DNA of 63,912 nt, the filler included, from Octopus bimaculoides (lineage: Eukaryota), in assembly GCF_001194135.2 (NCBI RefSeq). It is 4 parts of 4 records of this genome, joined end to end, with 100 filler letters (N's around TTAATTAATTAA, not from the genome) between each part and the next. Parts side by side here need not be neighbours in the genome. Positions count along the whole stretch, not along the records: positions 1 to 24,162 come from NC_068983.1; 3 more parts are not named here. One strand, written 5' to 3'. The notes under the pieces were generated by a model. It was not told the DNA's origin. It was given only the letters and a program-made list of their open reading frames with translations, and made no database searches. This document shows positions 12,173 through 24,262 of this stretch, piece by piece. Within the stretch, counting starts at the first letter, position 1. Every line of letters starts with the position of its first letter. Position numbers and translations under genes: made by a program.

Positions 12173-14122
12173 TAATAATCATTTATACATATGTGTATGC
12201 ATTGATATATACATATAAATATAGACATAATTCTATACATATTCTTAATGCATTTTTAATGTTCGTTATTGAGTGTATATCTAATCAGTTGCTACTTCTC
12301 TACAAGGGTCATGTGCAAACTTCTTCACCCACATTGCTGCACTGCTCCCATAACTAGGACAATGCTTGTTGCTGCACATACAAACATTCCAGATTGCATC
12401 CAAAAGAACATCATTGGCAAAGATTTAGCCACCAATACACTGCAATAGACACATTGTTTCTTTTCTTTGTCTCTTGTAGCATTCCTCTGTTCCTCTGAAT
12501 TATCATGTTTTGTACCAAGAGCCCCACAATGCACCTCTGATGCACTCACCTCCATGCCATTTTGAAGCATGTGTGCACTAGGCAGTTACTCAAGCGATTT
12601 ACAGACCAAGGAGCCTATTGCTAGTCTATTTATATTGTAATTGTGCCAGTCTGCGTAAAAAACATCCATGCTGGTCCATATCAAAAGCACCTATGATGGT
12701 CCATGTTAAAGGAAGCACCCAGCGCACTCTGTAAAATGGTTGGTACTAGGAAGGGCATCCAGCTGTAGAAACCAAGCCAAATCAGACTGAAGCCTAGTAC
12801 AGATCTGCAGCTTGCCAGCATGGAAAACCGGATGTTAAAGGATGATGGTGATAATGTGCTTGTAGTGGCCTTTGTGCATTGCTTAGTTGAGAGGTGAAGT
12901 GGGAAGTTATAATAATGTTAAGACAGCCTTGACTCTTATCTCTTTCTCTTGTCATCACTACTTTGTACTTATACCTCAGCACATCTGCTAAATACTCTGT
13001 CCACCTGTTCTTCTTCAGAGCTTCAGTTGGAAAATCTACTCCTCTAATTATATAATTTTTTTTTCTGATATCAACCTACAGATGTTCAAACTGAATATCA
13101 ACCACATCAATATCATCCGTCTAGGAGAGCCTGCAAAGCTTATGAATATTGCTCTGTCTTTTTCCACAAGTTAATAGAAAGAAATGCTGCACCTTAACTT
13201 ACTGTTGGATTTAGACTTGGTTAAGGCCCTAAGCTTTCACTTGTTGAGCTTATGCCAAAATTTGGTATTGTCTCTACTATATACTCATGCATTATATGTA
13301 TTTCAAATTTTGGCACAAAGCCAGCAATTCCAGGGTAGGTGGTAAGTTGATGACATTAACCCCATTGCATAACTCTTACTTATTTTATCAATCCTGAAAA
13401 GATGAAAGGTAAAGTCGACCTTGACAGAATTTGAATTCAGAATGTAAAGACAGACAAAATATTGCTAAGCATTTTGCCCAGTGTGCTAATGATTCTGCCA
13501 GCTTGCTACCCTACTCATGCTATGTATTATCGATAACGTTGGTACAAAGCAAAGAGGAGGATGCTACTTACTTCAAGACCAAAGCAAAAATGTTTCTTAG
13601 AAGGTTAATCTTGCAACATATCAGATAATAAACCTCAAATCCCAGTCAAGACTGTCATAGCAGCTTTCTAGGCCCCTCGGGCAAATCAATACACTGAACC
13701 TCTTATGTCTCAAGCTACTGCTATCTAGCACCTTCGGATGATCTCTGCTCAACCGCTACATGACGGCTGCTCAACAGTCAGTCAACTGTCAGTCAACTGC
13801 TACCACGGTCAGACTACCTCTGTTTATATGTCGTGGTTGAGCCTACTTCTTCGCTTGGGGGCGTCGACACAACAGAACCCTTTAGTATTTTTTTTATTAA
13901 CAGCAAGCTGCAAAGTACATAGATCAGAATTGACCTCCAACACCTGTGAGGGACCCTGGGTAACTGCTCAGTGTGCCCATGCCTTTAAACAGCTCTGATC
14001 CTAGTCGGAGCTAGTGTGGGAGAATCTTTGTGGTCACCTGACCTGCTACAAATTGTAGCCAAATATCTTCAAATCACACCTTACGCACATAAACAATGAA
14101 AACATATATTAAATAGACTTGA

Positions 14123-14342
14123 CCCTTTAGCATTCAATCTGACCATATCCAACCCAAATATGTTACCCATTTTATGTTCAAACTGGCCAGATCTAGCTTC
14201 TCGCACCTACCCTACAATGTCATTCTAAAACTAAACAATCACATCATTGAAATCTCAAAGCTTCAAGATAATACTTGACTAATTCAAAACAATGTGAATA
14301 AATAGGTATTACATATTATAGAATAATCTTAACACTAAAGGG
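14123..14342. mobile_element. piggyBac-type MITE (second family)
   Basis: TIR ccctttag / ctaaaggg; flanks TTGA and TTAA. Confidence 0.65.
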
Positions 14343-15077
14343 TTAATATCTCTAAAATTGCAGGATTGTCATAACTGGAACGTTTTTTACCATAATTCTG
14401 TTTGATCAAGGTTAATCTGAAACTAAACAACAACAATCTTACATTTTAAATATTTACACATATATTCTGCTTATATTGTAAAAATCAATTGTATATACAG
14501 TTGTACTATGTGTGTTTGTGTCTGCTAGACACCAAAATCAGGTAGCTACTAAAGATAGTATATAATAATAAAAAAGGTGGCATCTAGCATGAGAGAGAGA
14601 GAGAGAGAGAGAGAATAAATCTGCTAACTGCTACAACTGTTTTGTAGTTAGACTATAGTTGTAACAATAATATTTGATTAAACAAATTTCAGTGGTGGGG
14701 CTTCTGCAGAAGTTTTTTTATCCTTTAAAAGGTGTTTCCAATTTTTTATTTTTATTTCATAATAATATTTTTGTCTTTGTATATTTGTTATTGTATGTAA
14801 TTTCTTCCTCACTTTTGTTTCCTTTTATTAATATTTAATTGGTGCAGTTAAGTGGTGAGCTGACAAAATTGTTAATGTGATGAGCAAAATACTTCTTGGC
14901 ATTTTGTCTGTCTTTATGTTCTGAGTTCATATTCTACCGAGGTCAACTTTGCCTTTCATCACTCCAGGATTGATAAAACATGTACCAGTTGAATACTGGA
15001 GTCAATGTAATTGACTTATCCCTTGGCCTGAGCTGGCTGGCCTTGTAGCAAAATTTGAAATTATTATTTAATAGTTG

Positions 15078-15240
15078 CAGGCATGGCTGTGTGGTTAAGA
15101 AGTTTGCTTCTCAGCCACATTTTACAGGTTCAGTCCTACAGCATGGCACCTTGGACAAGTGTCCTCTACTATAACTCCAGGTTAACCAATGCCTTGTGAT
15201 TAGATTTTGTAGATAAAATTGAGAGAAATCTGTCATGTTT
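15078..15240 (+). mobile_element. SINE family 1, 5' half (diverged)
   Basis: Similarity to the head of 493-912. Confidence 0.7.
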
Positions 15241-15289
15241 GTGTGTGTGTGCATGTGTGTGTGCATACATATATACATACATACAAACA

Positions 15290-15668
15290 GGAGGCGCAAT
15301 GGCCCAGTGGTTAGGGCAGCGGACTCGCGGTCATAGGGTCGCGGTTTTGATTCCCAGACCGGGCGTTGTGAGTGTTTATTGAGCGAAAACACCTAAAGCT
15401 CCACAAGGTTCCGGTAGGGGATGGTGGCGAACCCTGCTGTACTCTTTCACCAAAACTTTCTCTCACTCTTACTTCCTGTTTCTGTAGTGCCTGTAATTCA
15501 AAGGGTCAACTTTGTCACACTATGTCACGCTGAATATCCCCGAGAATTACATTAAGGGTACACGTGTCTGTGGAATGCTCAGCCCCTTGCACGTTAATTT
15601 CACGAGCAGGCTGATCTGTTGATTGGATCAACTGGAACCCTCGACGTCGTAAGCGACGGAGTGCCAAC
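15290..15668 (+). mobile_element. tRNA-derived SINE family 3, full length with TSD
   Basis: A-box tggcccagtggttagg, B-box-like ggttttgattccc; acatacatacaaa duplicated at 15275-15287 and 15667-15679. Decayed relatives at 6875-7165 (-) and 48715-49040 (-). Confidence 0.85.
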
Positions 15669-15897
15669 ATACATACAAATAAACAAAAATACCTTATTGT
15701 TCATGTTGAAATCCCAATGAATAAGCCTTGGATCTAGGTTAGAAACCGGATCTTTCTCTATTGGCAAGAAATCTTGAAATGAAACTGAACAATGACATAC
15801 ATACACACCTATATACATACATTTAAACTGGTCGTGTGCATACGTGCATATATATGTATGTATACGCTCATATATGTAAGTATTCGTATGTTGTACG

Positions 15898-15924
<27 letters not shown>

Positions 15925-15930
<6 letters not shown>

Positions 15931-16080
15931 ATTTATGTGCTATCTGCATATATTCTACTGATGAAAGCAAAGCATTTCTTATGCAGAGCCAGAAATCCGG
16001 GATCTGAAATTATCCAGTAATGTTTTTGCTAGTTTATTTTGTCTCTTTGTCTTCTCTCCTGGTGCTGTATGAACATTTAA
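15925..16080 (+). mobile_element. Decayed pLTR-like fragment with hammerhead remnant
   Basis: After (TA)n: ctaCTGATGAaagc...gccaGAAAtccggg; stems and cleavage triplet degenerate. Confidence 0.35.
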
Positions 16081-16273
16081 TGTGGCTTTAGAGTCAAGTT
16101 TTGGCTGCTATTTCTAGCATAGTATCTCTTAGATACCCTTAATTATAATTTTATATACATACATATACATATATATATGTATATTATATATATGTTTGTA
16201 TATAAATACATATATGTGTGTGTGTGTGCGTGTGTGTGTGTGTATGTGTGTGTGTATATATATNNNNNNNNNN

Positions 16274-16329
<56 letters not shown>

Positions 16330-16704
16330 TACATATGTATGCATATATGTGTGTACGTATGTCAATGTTCAGTTTTATGTCAAGATTTCTTGCCAATAGA
16401 GAAAGAGCCAGTTTCTAACCTAGATTCAAGATTCATTCATTAGAATTTCGACGTCAACAATAGAGNNNNNNNNNNACACACACACACATGCACACACACA
16501 CGCACACACACACATGCACACACACATGCACGCACACACACACATACATATATATAGGCACAGTTGGGGCTGTAGGTGCAGGCATGGCTGTGTGGAAAGA
16601 AGTTAACTTCTCAGTATGGTTCCAGTTTCAGGCCTTGTGTGTGACACTTTAGAATAGAATTTTCTACTTTTTGTCTTATTTACCTAACAGATTAATGAAA
16701 AAAA

Positions 16705-17030
16705 AAAATATTGAGATTGGAAAGGAAAAAAATTGTTGGACCATTGGTGGAAGTTGTTGATATCACTGTGTAGCCCAAGCTCAGCCTGATCAAGTTGACT
16801 TATGGTGACTGTTTCCTCCCACCATGACCATCCTATCTTTTTCTCTCACATAATATATCTTAGCACTACATTGTGCAATGCCTCCTTCCTTTTTTTTAAA
16901 GATAACAATGTGTAATCTCTAAGAGATTTGGTCACTATTTCTAGCAGGTTAAGAAACCTCGTTTTGTATAGCTTTAGATTAGTGGTTCTCATCCGGTTTC
17001 CATATGACCATTGGGGTTCCCTATGAAACT
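16705..17030 (+). repeat. Local duplication, copy 1 (copy 2 at 20655-20985)
   Basis: ttgagattggaaaggaaaa..cccaagctcagcctgatcaagttgacttatggtgactg.. shared at roughly 90% identity. Confidence 0.88.
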
Positions 17031-18077
17031 TGGAGTTGTTAAAGCTTATGAATAATAAATTGGTTATGCATCAACAATTCACAATATTTAAAAAAGTTTT
17101 TTAAATATAATTTTTTTTTTACTTGTTTCAGTCATTTGACTGCAGCCATGCTGGAGCACTGCCTTTAGTCAAGCAATTCGACCCCAGGACTTATTCTTTG
17201 TAAGCCTAGTACTTATTCTATCGGTCTCTTATGCCGAACTGCTAAGTTACAGTGACGTAAACACACCAGCATCAGTTGTCAAGCGATGTTCGGGGGACAA
17301 ACACAGATACACACACACACACACACANNNNNNNNNNNNNNNNNNNNNNNNNNNNNNNNNNNNNNNNNNNNNNNNNNNNNNNNNNNNNNNNNNNNNNNNN
17401 NNNNNNNNNNNNNNNNNNNNNNNNNNNNNNNNNNNNNNNNNNNNNNNNNNNNNNNNNNNATATATATATATATATATATATAACACCCACTACACTCTCT
17501 GAGTGGTTGGCGTTAGGAAGGGCATCCAGCTGTAGAAACTCTGCCAAATTAGATTGGAGCCTGGTGTTGCCATCCGGTTTCACCAGTCCTCAGTCAAATC
17601 GTCCAACCCATGCTAGCATGGAAAGCAGACGTTAAACAATGATGATGATGATGATGATACATATACACGACAGGTTTTTTTCAGTTTTCATCTTCTAAAT
17701 CCACTCACAAGGCTTTGGTCGGCCCGAGGCTATAGTAGAAGACACTTGCCCAAGGTGCTACACAGTGGGACTGAACCTGGAACCATGTGGTTGGTAAGCA
17801 AGCTACTTACCACACAGTCACTCCTGCGCCTATAATAATATTTAATATAATGAGATTTTTTAAACACGGCGGTGACCATCATCATCATCATCATCGTCGT
17901 TTGACATCCGTTTTTCATGCTAGCATGGGTTGGACGATTTGTCTGAGGACTGGTGAAACCAGATGGCTACACCAGGCTCCAATCTGATTTGGCAGAGTTT
18001 CTATGGCTGGATGCCCTTCAGTTGAGTAAAATAGGAATCAAAGGAATTCATAGGGAAAAAATGGTTGAGAACGACTG
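16978..18077. mobile_element. hAT-type MITE interrupted by nested retroposons
   Basis: Left TIR tagtggttctcatcc and right TIR ggttgagaacgactg, separated by three inserted retroposon pieces. Confidence 0.55.
17120..17832 (-). mobile_element. SINE family 1 split by a gap and an inserted LINE tail
   Basis: 3' half 17120-17310 and 5' half 17660-17832 in reverse complement. Confidence 0.8.
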
Positions 18078-19857
18078 AATTAATCAAAAGGCATTATAGC
18101 AAATATATCTTCATGATGCAATTCCAGGATTCAGGGTTATCTTGCATCAATACAAGCTCTCAAGTAAAGCAAGGAAACGGATAGAAAAGGGTAATTGCAC
18201 CGAGAAAGTTCTCCCCACAAGGCACAAATCTGGACAAGGTTGTTTATGAAAAACAAGCAGTTGCCCATGCATACCAGCCACACCTCTCCACACCACTGAT
18301 GTTATTGAAAGGAAAGGCAAAGGCTGATACAGCTTGGCACCAGTGATGTTGCAACTCATTTCTACAGCTGAGTGAACTGGAACAGCATGAAATAAAGTAT
18401 CTTGGTGAAGGACACAACACACAGCTTGGTCCAGGAATCAAACTCACTACCTCATAATTGCAAGCCCGACACTCTAACCACTGAGCCATGTGCCTTCACC
18501 AAAGAGTATACTGGAACATAAATAAGTCTATATACTATAGTGAAGATGCAATCATTTTGACAAGGCTGGGTTTTTTTCTCATTATTGCTTTCTCAATGAA
18601 AAAGGGCTTCGTCTGAAATATTGGATTTTGTGTTTCTCCATGAGAGCATACAAATTTTCAATATTTGTGAGATGATTTTTACCAATGACAAGCCCTCCTT
18701 GTTTCTTTGCACTCTGTTTCTTTTTATTTTGGTTTTTTTTTTTTCATTTTCTGCTGTTGTTGTTTTGACCTGGGTCAGTTTTAATTAAACAGACCATCTG
18801 TGACAATTTCTATATTTTTGCATATTTAGAACTATATTGTCAAATCTGACCTACCACTTTTAAGACAATAAAGTATGATTTAAGGGAGATCTAGTTGGTG
18901 TTTTTAGCAGGTCAAGTAACCATGCAACAGTCTCTCATTGGCTCATTTTATTTACTGACATACACTGGGGTTGATTTAACCAACTCTATCTCTCTCCTAG
19001 AAATATAAGGTGGTGGTTAATGTAACCCCCCGATAAAAGAACCCAAACAAATAAAATGCAGATGGCTACCACTGTATATATAATAGGTTTTCTCAAGTAC
19101 AGCAGTAATGTAGCAAGTCCTGCTCTGTACTGCCTAAGCCATCTCCATTAGTCTATCTTATATTTTAATAATGCAACAATATTAAGTTTGGAATTTATTT
19201 GACAAAGAAATCCATCTAAATTTAATTCCTTTCCCTCCAGCAACTATTTATTTATTAAAATGGTTGTCTCATATAGCAATATTTGACATTGTGACTAAAT
19301 TTCATTTTGATATTTATCAAATTTCAATTGTTTTTAATATTTTTAAAATATATTTTTAATGTTTTTTTAATCGATTTTTTCTCCCTTAAAGATAACATAG
19401 ATGATATATTTTTGATTATTTTGAATATTTGGATATCTACTTATCAATTTTTTTAAAAGAAAATGTTTTCACAGCCTAGAAAACACTTTATAAACTAACC
19501 AACTGAAAATGTGTATGATAACTGTTTTCATCTAAACCAGCGACTTAAACTCTTTCTGTTCATCTTTTCTATGGTTTCTGCAACTCATCTCCTGTGCCCT
19601 CTACTCCACAGCATTATTTAGAAAAATTGGTCCTACACTCCTTTTTTTGCAGATCTATCAAACTGCACAACACAACATCCTCTTTCACTCCTTATCTCTG
19701 ACATCTTCTGCTATTCCCATAAGGATTAATTCTCAGTCTAAGAGATGTGATGCACTCAGTGTAGGCCAGTTCACTTCCATTATCAGTCTGTATCTGTGAC
19801 AAAGCCATCAGCTTGATGAAATCTAATAAAGCATCCAGCTTTCTTTTATCTTTAATT

Positions 19858-20088
19858 TGTTTCAGTAATTAGGCTGTGGCTATGCTGGGGCACTGCTTTG
19901 AAGAATTTTAGTTGAATGGATTGACCCCAGTAATTATTATTATTTTTTTTAAAGTCTCGTACTTCTATCAGTCTCTGTTGGTGAACTGCTAAGTGTTATG
20001 GAGACATAAACGCATTAACACTGGTTATCAAATGGTGGTGGAGGACAAACGCAGACACAATGACACACACACACACACGCGCGCGCGC

Positions 20089-20149
<61 letters not shown>

Positions 20150-20310
20150 AAGCTCCTTTTGGTTTCTGTTTACCAAATCCACTAACAAGGCTTTACTTGG
20201 TGTGAGGCTATAGTAGAAGGCACTTAACTAAGATGACATGCAGTGAGACTGAACTCAGAACCATGTGGTTGGGATGCAAACTTCACACCACACAGCCACT
20301 CTTGTGTCTA
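19858..20310 (-). mobile_element. SINE family 1 (diverged)
   Basis: Reverse-complement similarity with a central (CA)n/(CG)n tract. Confidence 0.75.
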
Positions 20311-21904
20311 TTGTTGATTTGAAAGTATCCTAATCAAAATTTATCTTTTTCAAGTGTAAACTGCTATCTACTTAGCAAATCTGTGCTCTTGCAATTAACT
20401 GTTCCTTACTAACTTTTGTTCCTTACGGAAATACTCCAAGTGTAAATCATATCTAGGCAACCCCTAAATACCTTTTAATACAGGATATAATATCCCCCTC
20501 AGAAATCATTAAACTGAAGAACCTAAACTGTCTGAATCAATTAATTCTGTCAACAGATTATAGCATTATGACTAAAACAGATCTTGATATCAAATGACAA
20601 AATACAAATTTAGAAAGTCGTACTCTGATTCCTTAACCTCAACAGTACAATTAGTGGGGAAAAAAACATTGAGATTGGAAAGGAAAATATTGTTGGACCA
20701 TTGATGGAAGTTGTTGATATCACTGTGTAGCCCAAGCTCAGCCTGATCAAGTTGACTTATGGTGACTGTTTCCTCCCACCATGACCATCCTATCTTTTTC
20801 TTTCACATGATATATCTTAGCATTACATTGTGCAATGCCTCCTTTCTTTTTTTAAAGACAGCAATGTGTAATCTCTAAGAGATTTGGTTACTATTTCTAG
20901 CAGGTTAAGAAACCCCATTTAGTATAGTATTAGACCAGTTGTTCTCAACCAGATTCCATATGACTATTGGGGTTCCATATATGATTTTGTTGTTAAAATT
21001 TATGAAAAAATCTTATGATATTAAATATTGTTAGGAATTATATTAAAAATTTTTTTAAATATTGTGTACTATAGATGCATAACCAATATGCTGAGAGAAT
21101 TGGAGGTACTGAAATGTTAGTGCATTATACATAATGCCTTACAGTATTAAGTTATGACCCACCAAATTGTGAGTTCAATCCTCACCCGAGGGAATTTTTT
21201 CTATAATTCCTCAAGGGTCTGTACAATAAGTACCATTTATATAATAGGATTGCCTCAACAATATTATTCTCCTCTAGATTTATGATGTTGTACTGCGTAT
21301 CTATAAGAGAAATCATCTTGTGAATTGCAAAAGGATGACAGAGTGCATGCTGGGAAGTACCTTGTTTGGTTTTACCTATATCATTTGGTATTCTGAGTTC
21401 AAATCCTATAGATACTGATTAAATATGTACCATTCACTGACTAAGATAAACTCAGTCAACATACTCCTATAAAGTATATTTCATTATTCAAATGCTTCTT
21501 TGGGTTAAGTTATAATACTTACTTTGGGAATCCTTGAGTTAAACAGACTGAGATGAACTGTATCATGCATCACATCAAAGCATACAAAATTATGATAGTA
21601 ACTGATTTTGCTATCATGTAGCCATTTGTGGTTTTGTACCCACATGAGAAAATAATATTATGAACTAGAAAACGGTGAGTATTGAAGAGGTAAGTTCACA
21701 ATAAACTGAGTGTTCAACCAAGTTTAAATTCCTAGTTGTAGTTATACCACTTTACTTACATTGCTAAATCTCTTGAGAAATGCATAAACATTGAAAAGTC
21801 TCCTCTATAGATTTACAGCAATGTTGGTTTGCATAAGAAATCAATATTGTGAAATGGTTCTAAAAGGGACTTTATTCACTTGAAGCTATGTTAGTAATTC
21901 TATA

Positions 21905-22500
21905 TTTATCATCATTTTCATTATTGTTGTCGCCGTCGCCACTGCCACCACCACCCTGCCCCCATGACTGTCATCGTCGTTATCGCCATCATTTTCCTCA
22001 TTACCATCATTGTCATCATCGTTGTCAGCACTACCACCCCCGCCATCATCGTTACCACCACCACTACCACCACCACCACCACCATCACCACCACCACCAC
22101 CACATTATCATTGTCATCATCGTCGTCATGATCATCGTCGTCATCATCGTCTTGATCGTGAGCATCATCTTCACCACCACTACCACCACCATCGTCATCA
22201 TTGTAAACATCATTGTCATTGTTATCGTAATCATCGTTATCACCGTCACTACCACCACCATCACCACCACCACTGCTCCCTACTGATAGCATTTGCATCA
22301 CCATTATCCCTAACACCATAATCCCTAACATCATCACCACCACCACTACCGCTATCACTAACACCACTGCCACTGTTATCCCACCTCCCTCACCACTACT
22401 ACCACTGACCCTACCACCACCATGATCATGACCATAACTATGACCACAACCACCACCACAATCCCCCACAACCATCTTCATTATTACTATTATCATCACC
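21905..22500. repeat. Degenerate (CAC/CAT)n trinucleotide field
   Basis: Seen directly; explains the poly-H/P/T ORFs. Confidence 0.92.
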
Positions 22501-22789
22501 AACCTCACTTAATATCTTTAGTATGAGCAACACAGTTGCATATCATTTCCATTCTCTTCATATTCTTCCTTATTAACATTTCGATCACATTGGCTGATAG
22601 TGAGAACTGTTAAATGGTTCCCTTCAACAGAAAGATCGCACTTCATATAGTTTGACTTCTATATATCACAAAGTTTGCCCAAAAATCAAAATACTTCCTT
22701 GTATGCTGTGACATCGATACATCACAAATCTCATCATCTCAAGAGAGACATTGAAGAATTTTTTTTTTTTTTAGTGATTTCGACCAGGC

Positions 22790-22950
22790 AAAGCCAAGGC
22801 TGTGTGGTAAGAAGCTTGTTTCCCAACCACATGGTTCCAGGTGCAGTTCCACTGTGTGGTATCCTGGATGAGTGTTTTCTACTATAGCCTGAAGCTGACC
22901 AAAGCTTTCTGAGTGGATTTGGTAGACAGAACCTGAAAGAAGCCTACAGT
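22790..22950 (+). mobile_element. SINE family 1, 5' half
   Basis: ggctgtgtggtaagaagcttgtttcccaaccacatggttcc... Confidence 0.75.
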
Positions 22951-23029
22951 ATATATATGTAATACAAATGATATATGAGCATATGTATGTATACATACAT
23001 ATATGTACATACCTACATCTACATGTATA

Positions 23030-23208
23030 TATAGATGCATATCCAGGTACAGGACGTCAAAAAAGGAACGGGAACATAAACAAAGTAAAAAAACGGACTT
23101 TTTTTACGGACAATGGAATGAACACATAGGAAAACAGACGAGGCACTTATGAAACTTTTCCTTCATCAGCTGCCTCTATTCTAAACTAGGCGTTTCGAAG
23201 ATGAGGCA

Positions 23209-23210
<2 letters not shown>
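23030..23210 (-). mobile_element. Putative Penelope-derived fragment
   Basis: CpG-bearing insert between microsatellites with cGAAAc and CTGATGA motifs on the minus strand. Confidence 0.3.
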
Positions 23211-23280
<70 letters not shown>

Positions 23281-23749
23281 NNNNNNNNNNNNNNNNNNNN
23301 NNNNNNNNNNNNNNNNNNNNNNNNNNNNNNNNNNNNNNNNNNNNNNNNNNNNNNNNNNNNNNNNNNNNNNNNNNNNNNNNNNNNNNNNNNNNNNNNNNNN
23401 NNNNNNNNNNNNNNNNNNNNNNNNNNNNNNNNNNNNNNNNNNNNNNNNNNNNNNNNNNNNNNNNNNNNNNNNNNNNNNNNNNNNNNNNNNNNNNNNNNNN
23501 NNNNNNNNNNNNNNNNNNNNNNNNNNNNNNNNNNNNNNNNNNNNNNNNNNNNNNNNNNNNNNNNNNNNNNNNNNNNNNNNNNNNNNNNNNNNNNNNNNNT
23601 ATGTGTGTAATAGGTAAATTGTCACCATTTTATATTTTCAATTTTGTGCATGTGCATGGGTTGTTTTTGATTTTGTCACCTATACAGTATAGTAGAATCA
23701 GTTGGGCACTGTCTGTGAGAAAAACAGCACCATGATGCAATTCACTCTG

Positions 23750-24162
23750 GCAGAAATTTGAAAAATATACGCTGTACTGCTTGGCATTCAAGCTGGAAGT
23801 TCTGATGCAAACATTTCAGAGTGTTTGGGAATCAATCTAAGGACATGTACCAAGAGTGATAAAAATCAAACATCCAGTCAACATCATGGCGTTTGGAGTG
23901 ATCACTAGTGTTGGCGACGTTATGCCTCCATTTAACTTCCGACATGGCCTCAGATTCAGCATGGAGGCCTACTGGCAACAGGACTCTGCACCATGGCACA
24001 CAAGCAGGAGAACCCATTCATTGCTGTCAGACAATTTCTACGGCCACATCACCACCTAACTCCCCAGACTGCAACTCCTTGATTATTGTGTGCGGTGCAG
24101 TTGAGTGAGTGACCAAAGTTGAACTGAAGGCAAGCATTATGGCAGCATTCACCATGTTAAAC
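23750..24162 (+). mobile_element. Degenerate Tc1/mariner (maT/DD37D-like) transposase fragment
   Basis: KHPVNIMAFGVITS.GDVMPPF, WQQDSAPWHTSRRT, PPNSPDCN.LD motifs; deleted and frameshifted; cut by a spacer. Confidence 0.78.
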
Positions 24163-24262
24163 NNNNNNNNNNNNNNNNNNNNNNNNNNNNNNNNNNNNNN
24201 NNNNNNTTAATTAATTAANNNNNNNNNNNNNNNNNNNNNNNNNNNNNNNNNNNNNNNNNNNN
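24163..24262. other. Synthetic assembly spacer N44-TTAATTAATTAA-N44
   Basis: Exactly 100 bp; central palindrome has stops in all six frames. Confidence 0.92.

Noticed and set aside
12325-12570. 81-aa minus-strand ORF in non-microsatellite DNA
   Set aside because: No recognisable domain or splice support; possibly a decayed LINE.
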